Below the pieces are notes generated by a model. It saw only the letters and a program-made list of their open reading frames with translations. It had not been told where the DNA came from and searched no databases. A program made the translations under genes and the position numbers. Shown here piece by piece: positions 55,339-64,000 of a DNA stretch of 64,000 nt. Source of the DNA: Rotaria socialis (Eukaryota); the NCBI GenBank assembly GCA_905331295.1, contig CAJNYD010000017.1, positions 124,001 to 188,000 on the forward strand, given 5' to 3'. Each line of letters starts with the position of its first letter. The first letter of the stretch is position 1.

Positions 55339-57059
55339 TTGATATTCTATGCTGTATGCCATGCGGGCAGATTTGTTTTTTCAGATAACATGCAAGCGGA
55401 TAGACTAATAGTGATAAATAATGTGAATCAAAACTTTCAAACAATGGATACCATTTTATTTAAAGAAGGTTGAGATGATGATCGAGCATATAGAACTGAT
55501 TCAAAACAAGCTGATCAAAAATGATCAATTGATTATTAAAAAGAGTTATTCACAAGTTATTGCAATAATTCAGAATATCTTTGTTTGTTTTCTCACATTT
55601 GCATGAAAAGGAAACGTTAACTTTTTTTTCTTCCTCTTAGTCCTGGTCATCTCGCTCTCAATGTTATAAATCATCGGCTTTATCATTTCTTTGGAAAGCG
55701 TTGATAAAAAATCTAGCAAACCATTTTTGAGAGAGATCAAAACTATGCCTAAATCTAAAACGAAATTATATTTTACTTCTAATAGGTTTTTCTTCCCACC
55801 CTCTTTTATACAATCGATTATATACGTCCAATTACAAACGACTAAATGTATGCGAGATGTTGGTACAGATTATAACGAGACTAACACCCACAAACACATT
55901 AGAATGCTTATCAACATGATCAGTAAACTAGTAGTGGCTTCTTAAACACATATTTTAATACCACTGGTTGGTATTAAGCTAATAGCTTTTGTGATTAGCT
56001 ACATAATATTTTCTTATTAAGAAAAATCTCAGCTATAAATAATTTTGTTATTTTTATTCTAAAAAATAATTACTGAAAATTTCAATAGTGAGAATAGCCT
56101 ATCGATGTTTTAATATGAGTGTGAATACTTGAACTTTACTTTGTCCAATGATGAAGTTACCTAGAATAAAAACGTATTCATCGTTGCCAACTTTGCGCGT
56201 GCTCTATTTTTAAATATAATTTTTTTCTTCTTCTTTTCTTCCAATCAAATGTCCTATGCCATTTGCAAGAATCCATATTTTGTCTTTCACATGGCTGGAT
56301 CATTTATAGACATTTTCAATGTCAATTTTTTCTTGTTTTATTTCTATAAATTCTCTATTTTCTTATCAATCGAGATGTTGAATTCAACGTCAACTGCACT
56401 TGTCATTTAACATTCAAACAAAAGACCAAGGACATCGAACCTCAAATATTATCCGACGTACTTGCGGATACTTCACCAGAAGATTATGATAGTTATTATG
56501 ACAAGCTGAGAGTACGTAAAACAGGATTTGTTATTTTTATTCATATTATTTTTCTTTCAAATCTTTCTAGAAAGACAAATACTGTTATCAATTAGTTGAA
56601 TAATTGTATATTGAAAATTCCTATGTTCGACTTGAAATGTCAATGAAAAAGATACTCTTCAAAATATTTCTATTCATTTTGAATTGATATAAGATAACGG
56701 TGCTCGATCACGCGTATAAAGCATAGACAGTAAATTGAATAAACGTAAGATAGTTAAAATAATTTTATTTCCTTGATTAAAATAACTGAATTTATCACAT
56801 TCGAAAATTTATAAAATTCGATGTGCACGACTTCAATCAAAATAACTAATTGCTATTTAAAAAAAAATAACAACTGCTTGAATTCGTTCGTTTATACGTG
56901 TTTTGCATAGTTTGTAGGCATACAGCTATTCAAAAAAAAACGTCATAAACATATCCTTGCTTTATGCAAAAAATATACTTGACCATGAACGTGTCCTTAA
57001 GAAATAAATTTTGTTGTTTTTTTTTCTGTCTATTTATGTTCGCATCGATATTTCTTTAG

Positions 57060-58473
57060 ATGAATGTATTTTCTGGCTATTCGTCAAATATATTAACAAT
57101 TAAAAATTTTCCATTAATATTCAATGATAACGATCGACGAGAATTTTTAGAACATTTCGGTGTTGTTCGTGTATGTTGTTTAACTCGATTTAAAAACATA
57201 TCAAATATTATTGTTGCTGATTTTGGTTCAAGTTCACAAGCTTCGCAAGCGCTGAGACGTTTACATCAACTGGAAATACTTGCTCGTCGATTAGTTGTAG
57301 AAAATTGTCCATTAGAATTAGCTCAGTTAGCTTTCAATAGTGCTCCACAATCTTCGGATGATGACGAAGAGAGTGCTTCATTGCATGGTATTTCACCAGG
57401 TATAAATCAAATTCGTTATTCATTACCATCGGAAAGACTTACATACGCTTATCCACCTATTAATGATATAATTTTAATGAATATAAACAGTGCACTATTA
57501 TCAGTGCCATCGTTTTACACTCAGGTTCTTCATCTTATGAATAAAATGTCTCTCCCATGTCCAGTAGTGGCTGGTAAAATATTTTTAAAAAAATTATTTT
57601 CCTAGCTAATAAATTGATTTAATAGATTCAACGCAACCTGAACGAATTTTATCAAAAATTAGTGTTGCATGTCAAACAGATGAAATGACTAAGATCGAAG
57701 TAATCAATATGGATACAGATGAAGATGAAAGTGAAATTGATGATGGCGAAGAAGAACAACGCGTCAAACGACACCATCGATACATTTTACGAACACCAAT
57801 TCATCAAGGAACTGTTCCAACAATACGAACAAACCTGAATGTTAATACTGAGAAAATCAAAAAGGCACCAATCCAACTAAAATTACCTCCAATGTTAAAT
57901 TCATCTCGAGTATGTTATTTTACATAGGAAATTCTTCATAGAATTCTAAATAAAAAAAAATCTCTAATTTAGATAGAAGTTAATAATTCAATACCAATGG
58001 ATATTCCTATGCAAGGCTTTGGTCGATTAGAAGCCATTCAATCAACCATTACAAATATTAGTATTGTAAATCCAGATAAAAATCAACTTCAACCTCTCCG
58101 ATTAATTCCACTTGAAGAAATACGAAAGCATCGTTTGAGTGAAAATCAATTGCGTCTAATTGATAATGGTCGTTTATATAGAAATTATGAACGTGGTCAA
58201 ACATCACAACGTCTCTATATAAAAAATCTTGAAGTCAAACATGTTGATGAACGTCTATTACATGCAATATATGATCGATATAAACAGGATTCTTCTGAAA
58301 TTGAGATAATTCTTATGCGTGAAGGTAAAATGAAAGGTCAAGCATTTGTAACATTTCCTAATGAAGCTATGGCTTTACAAGCATTGAATGATACAAATGG
58401 TTTTATTTTACATGAAAAACCAATGATTGTACAATTTGCTCGAACAGCAAAACCAAAAGATATTGTCGTCTAG
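57060..58473 (+). CDS. RNPC3: U11/U12 snRNP 65K protein (RNPC3), minor spliceosome, three exons
   Basis: RRM1 (ALRRLHQLEILARRLVVE); signature YAYPPINDIILMNINSALLSVPSFYTQVLHLMNKMSLP; RRM2 RLYIKNL...LMREGKMKGQAFVTFPNE...TNGFILHEKPMIVQFAR. Confidence 0.92.
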
Positions 58474-58609
58474 GAAAATATGTGCCTTTTTTTGTTGTGA
58501 AGTTTTTTTTAAATATTAGGTCAGAAAATTTTGAAAATGTTTTTTTTATTGTTATTATCGTTGTGTTCTTTTATTTTAACGAATATTAAACGTATTTTGC
58601 AGACAAAAT

Positions 58610-59128
58610 ATGATACGTTCTAGTTGGATAAATGGTTTGCTTGGTGGTCTTCTAATATCATCATGTTGTGTAATTCAATTATTTCTAAATCTATTTGGTA
58701 TTGGTTGTGCTGGACTGAATACTCTATTATTCCCTTATCGACCATTGTTTATTTCATTGACAGTTATTTCGTTAACTTATTCTTTTTTTCATTATCGTCC
58801 GTCGAAATTACATTTCACTATTGTAATTATCTTTACATTGATTCTTTCATTTTCACCTGAACTCCTTCAAATGTATAATAATCAATTTGCAAGAAATGAT
58901 TTTGCCGATAATGAAATCTTTATTACACATTGGAAAATAATAGGAATGCATTGTGAAGCTTGTCGTGCAGCTGTTATACAATCATTAAGAAAACTTCACG
59001 GAATTCTCAGTGTTAACGTTGATCTTGAAACTGGTCATGCTGAATTAACCGCAAGTCATTTTATACAGACAGACACTGTTATTCAAGCTGTACAATCAGC
59101 TGGTTTTCAAGCTAATAAACTTGTTTGA
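58610..59128 (+). CDS. Intronless MerT-like membrane domain fused to a heavy-metal-associated (HMA/MerP-like) domain
   Basis: TM1 with a vicinal Cys pair (SSCC), LFPYRPLF after TM2, further TM helices, then GMHCEAC and an HMA-type tail (VNVDLETG...AVQSAGF). Confidence 0.82.
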   Translation: MIRSSWINGLLGGLLISSCCVIQLFLNLFGIGCAGLNTLLFPYRPLFISLTVISLTYSFFHYRPSKLHFTIVIIFTLILSFSPELLQMYNNQFARNDFADNEIFITHWKIIGMHCEACRAAVIQSLRKLHGILSVNVDLETGHAELTASHFIQTDTVIQAVQSAGFQANKLV

Positions 59129-61641
59129 AGCCATAAGAAAAGTATATTATGTGTAAAAACAAAACAAAAAAACATTCTATTAGAAATAAAATGAGGGATT
59201 TTCGTGCAATAAGTAAATACATGATAATGTGGCAAGCATTTCAATTTATATGTTTTATATATCAACATATGAAATATATATTAGTTGTGATAAGAACTAC
59301 TCTGATGAATGTATAATATCCTGAATGTGTAGTTTTATTATATAAGAGAATTTTCGGGACTTCCATTCATAAAGAAAGGATGTAGAAAAGAGAAAAAAAA
59401 CTCTTCAGTATAGATGCACAGACCTTTATCTTAAGTGATTTCTTTTAGTAAGCAACCAAATAAAGAAGTCTAGCGATAATAATATTATCAAAATTCGCCA
59501 TTGCAAACACGACAATTTCGCTTGTGAATAATAATCATATAGAAAAACTATAGAACAGTAAGTAAAATCATTCGAACGTAATGCACAAGATGAATACGGC
59601 TTTCTATACAAATAGTAACATACTCCAAGGCGAGAGATAAAATATAGTAGATATATATATGCTACATGGTAATCAGCACACTGACAACTAGTGACCTCTT
59701 TCATTGGCACAGAACGAACCCCGCAGTCAATAGTTATTCGTCAAAAATTGAATTGTATATTTTGGATACCGTATAAGTATTGTGTCAATCTACAGCGTAT
59801 GATTAATATGTATGTGTGCAGCCCACGCCTACCAATTCACCTTTTGTTTTTTCATGCGTGCAATCACTGGCAATGAAAACACTCTATTTTTCTCTCGTAA
59901 GTGTCGATCTTTGTTAAGATAATTTGTAAAAAGTAAAATACTACTCGATTGGAAACTAGTGACACGTGTGGTTAGGTATGATTGCATTGTAGAATCTATT
60001 ACATTTGAGAAAATTGACTTTCGTTTTTTTACTACGACAGCTGTTGCTTTCAATAAAAAAATTTATTTCTTGATTGATTTGTCTTGTGCTTTTGATGTTA
60101 GTCAGATGCTTGCTAATATGTTTCAGATTATGTTATACTTGTTATTTTCTTCCCTTCTGTTATTTTGAAGTATTTCAATATATATTACTGATTGGGTGAT
60201 ATCGACGTACCGCTCTGCGACTATTGGCTTTATTCTATCTATTCTCAGCGATGACATAAGCTGTTCCACGCTGAGTCTTATTTTTACAAAAAATGACAAA
60301 AATACACCTGGTATCAGCACATTTTATGTCACCACTTCTGTTGTTGCTTATACTCAGCAGCCATCTTATTCTTAACAAGCAATCCACATGTCTGGCTCTT
60401 CGTTTTACGGATGGTAAGCAGACAGATTTATTTATATTTGACCTTAATGTAAAACTCTTTTTCTTCAATATTTGTTTTTCTATAATACATTCGCGATAAT
60501 GACGAGATTTATCACATTCGTTTTTTTTCTCTCATTCAGTTACCCGTTTGGTTATTTACTCTTTCAAAAGAATCATAAAATAAGTATGATACTATTCATC
60601 AACATTACTCTAACTTTAGAGAATGGAATGACTTGCCATTAACGATCGGAATATGTCCTCTTTCAGTGAGAAATTATTTGCTTGTTTGCTGCCCGTCCCC
60701 CGTCCCCCCTATTCAAAGTTGCAAATGCCAAAAATCATTCAAAGAAAAAGAAAAAGAAAAGCGAATAGAAGGTGCGAGGAAAAAATCATAGAAACAGCGT
60801 TAATAGAACTTGTCAACACGTTCTCTGATAAAATCGTAATCGAGTAGGTGGTTGGAAGCTATGAATAATTTGAGTGGCAAAAAAAATGGCATGCACACAT
60901 GCAAAACTGACTTCAATGATTGACATATCCTTCAATTCTTCTCGATTAGATTCCATACAGACATGTACGGAAGAAGAAAGCAAGAAAAAGTAATGCTGCG
61001 TTGTATAAATCAATAGATAAATATACGGATTAAAAGCTAAAACAACACTGCATAAGGCGCAATGCTTGAAGCCAAATACTCTTGGATCATCACATTTAAT
61101 TCAATTTATTCCTTTTTTCTGTTGTCCGATGATGTCATCGTTGATCAAAGAATAAATCGAATCTCTTCGTTGTTCTCTATGGTAGCATCATCATCATCAT
61201 CATCATCGTTCGATGAATAGTATCCTCTTAAAATGAGAGTTAGGAAATCAAGCAGCGTTTTCTTTTTGCTTTCTATGAATGACTAAAGTATCTTCTATTT
61301 TTTTCTTCTTTGCTTGTTTTCTTTTCTCTGCGTTGAATAGAAATGCATGGGCAATTTTTTTCTTCGTCTGTGAACGTTCTCTACGCTTTTCAATACAAAA
61401 AACAGAGAATGAAAAAGCTATGAGAAGGAAAAAACAGCATTTCTTATTCGAATAGAGTTCGAACAAAACAAGAACTCTATAACACTACCGACACACATTT
61501 ATTCACACACTGGTAATGACGATCGGGTGTTCTGTATGCGTGTGAATCGCGGCACACAGGCACGCAACGTTTATGGTCAGAGCAATAACTACTGTAAATC
61601 GAAACATTTGTATGAAAATACAAAAATCAAAATAAGAGAAA

Positions 61642-63089
61642 ATGTTGAAGATATTTGTGAATAACAATGCTGCTGTTTTATTTCTTGTTGTAATTACAAC
61701 AATCGACGCTTCACGTATACTTTATCTACCGCTTCCGAAAATACGTTCGTCACATCATGAATTAAAACCATCGTCATTAATCCTACGAGGATTAGCAAAA
61801 AAACCAATCACCAATGAATTTATACCATTCTCAGCATTGGAGCGAAATATGTACGAGGAACAAGATGAAAATGATGAAAGTAATATAGAACTCTTTGATG
61901 TAGTTAAATCATTCTAAATAGGCGATTAGGTAACATTAAGTCTTTATCAAGTAGGTCTAAAAAGAACGAAGTGCTGAACACAATTCCAATTAGAACTAAT
62001 TGCTAAAAGCATATTAAATATGAACGTTTTGTTTTATTTACGTCCGGTTGTATTACGCACTGGGTGAATGAGTTTGTAGAAAAAAAAGTTTCTAATAATA
62101 ATCCTATTGGGAGTGCATGATTGAGTAGTAGAAGCAAGTGTGAACAAGTAGCAATAATCATAATTATTTATTATAAATTCTCTTTTATTGTCTTCTATTT
62201 TATATCTGTAATAATTATTTCTTTAACATACAGAGATATAATTTTCAATATTTATTAGAGTTTGCTTTTTCACTTTCATAGAACGAGATGTTTTGGATTG
62301 GGAAGAATTGGTGGACGTTGAATTAGCAAAACATCTTCTTTCCGGTAATAGGAGACGAAGTGGCGTCTATTTGTTTTTATTTATTCATTTGCCAATGCAT
62401 TTTTATATTTATTTTATAGCAGATAATAATGAATTGGATTATTTACTATCGTTGGATCGGGCAACACGGAAACCGAGTAAATTAACAAGAAATCATGATA
62501 GTCTAGATTCAGCAAGTGACAATCTTTCTCGACGTGATCAAAAGCAAGACGCCAGTGAACCATGGGCAAGCGATACTTCTATTAGTCGAACAGCACGTTT
62601 ACAATTGAATGGTGCTGTAGATAATTTGGAACGAAGAAAACGACGCAATGATGTACTATTTCTCGGTAAGTTATCATTGAATATGAAATAAATAATATTT
62701 TCAATAACTAAATAAGATAATTGTTGTATTCAGCAGTGTCCAAGGGCTGAGAAATAGGAATTCCTAATGTGCCGAGGAATTGTCCGTGTCGCTGTGATAA
62801 TTCCTAGAGGAAATGGGAATCAACTATCGGTTCCCTCACAGTTACACCATTCACGAAAGTCGCGATATTGCCGTTTTAAAAAGTTATCGTGAATATTCCA
62901 TATTTTTACCTTTAGTATGCAAAGAACTGTAGGGGAACTGATGAGAAATTCTTAATCCTCAGTCCTTGGACACCCCTCGAAATCATTTTATGCTATTCTT
63001 AAATAAAATATTCTTTTCATAGTTATTGTTGGTACAAGTAGTTTAGTTGGTATTGTGGGTCTTATCGCAGCCGCTATTTTCTGGTACAA
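61642..63089 (+). CDS. NPDC1/CAB-1-like single-pass membrane protein (5' part; continues past the last recognised exon)
   Basis: Signal peptide, acidic luminal region, basic cluster RRKRR, then NDVLFL|VIVGTSSLVGIVGLIAAAIFWYK, a TM segment resembling invertebrate NPDC1; four exons visible, the last ending at a GTAAGT donor. Confidence 0.55.
62736..62973. mobile_element. MITE-like element in an intron
   Basis: Terminal inverted repeats gtgtccaagggctgag / ctcagtccttggacac plus an internal inverted pair ggttccctcacagtt / aactgtaggggaact; no clear TSD. Confidence 0.65.
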
Positions 63090-64000
63090 GTAAGTGGTCA
63101 TGTTTTGTTAATTATATTCTCTAAAATTTATGTGAGAAGGCTCTATTTTTTGCGAGATATTCGACAAACATGAATTGAAATTACTTTTTTTTTATAGCTT
63201 CTTAAAATACTCTACAGGTCTTCTTTCTATCAGCTTAGTTTCTTTTTTTCTTTACAAGACCATATATAAATACAAGGCATAGTAGACGTATTTTTTTAAA
63301 TGATTACTTTGTAAAAGGGACAAGTTCAACGCATTGAAATACTTATCTAAACGTAGGGCTCTCATTATAGAAGAATTCTTGTCGATATTAATGAAAAGTC
63401 TTAATTCTAAATTGAACTTAGTCATACTTCATCTATTCGCACGATTTAAGAAAAATAATGAAAGTCCTTTGCCAAATCTGTTATATACGATCAAAACCTG
63501 CATAAGATTTGCTTCTATTTCTGTAGGTAGCAAATTTCCTTGTAGATGATCATAGAAAAAGAAATTGTGCAATAAAAGTTCTTGTCGCTAATCATTATTT
63601 CAATGACGCTGAAGAAAATGAAATTTTTTGAGAGGACAAAAATCAACACTAGAAAAAAAAGTCGATGTCATTATTAGACTAAAAAAGATATACAATGTTA
63701 AGAAAACTTTCCGTGATTTTCTGTTTTCAACAATATTAGGCATAGAATGCAGCAAAAGTACAAAACGAAGTTCTTTATTTAATTCATGTAATTACGGTCG
63801 ATTAGGAATATATTACTATGTAATAAATTTTATTCTATTATTACAGCAAAAGATCTGTTCTTTTCTATCTCTCATATTTGACAAGTCATAAATTTCAATA
63901 AATTTTATTGATATTGTTGGCTTTGCCAACTGTCATGACATGTCTTACCACTATCAATAATGTATTAGATAAAAACGCATAATATTAGCCAGCTAATATA

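Noticed and set aside
42066..59128. Bacterial-type genes as contamination
   Set aside because: They share the local AT content and lie between intron-containing animal genes, one only 136 nt from RNPC3; long reads would still be needed for proof.
59426..61466. Many short ORFs in the track
   Set aside because: Low-complexity AT-rich intergenic sequence with no coherent exon structure or recognisable domain.

Overview
AT-rich eukaryotic genomic DNA with many ~50-70 nt GT-AG introns, most likely from a bdelloid rotifer. That call rests on a match to the bdelloid spliced-leader sequence as I recall it, on bdelloid-style F-box and GPCR genes, and on bacterial-type genes. Genes in order: GSAP/pigeon (-), a Na+/H+ exchanger (+), a 7-PDZ GRIP with three alternative first exons (-), an intron-containing CorA-family transporter (+), TBC1D32/broad-minded (-), a rhodopsin-class GPCR (-), an intronless bacterial-type alpha/beta hydrolase (+), a small zinc-finger gene (-), an F-box gene (-), RNPC3/U11-U12-65K (+) followed 136 nt later by an intronless MerT-like + HMA fusion gene (+), and the 5' part of an NPDC1/CAB-1-like gene (+). 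The main hidden feature is a cluster of spliced-leader (SL) RNA genes in alternating orientation at ~47.0-48.4 kb. The copies share a covarying GNRA-capped hairpin and fixed-spacing upstream motifs, and sit in a rearranged zone with a decayed gephyrin gene and a scrambled NOP14 pseudogene. Four MITE/fold-back elements are also present. Gene models and homologies were read by eye from recalled protein motifs; no searches were run.
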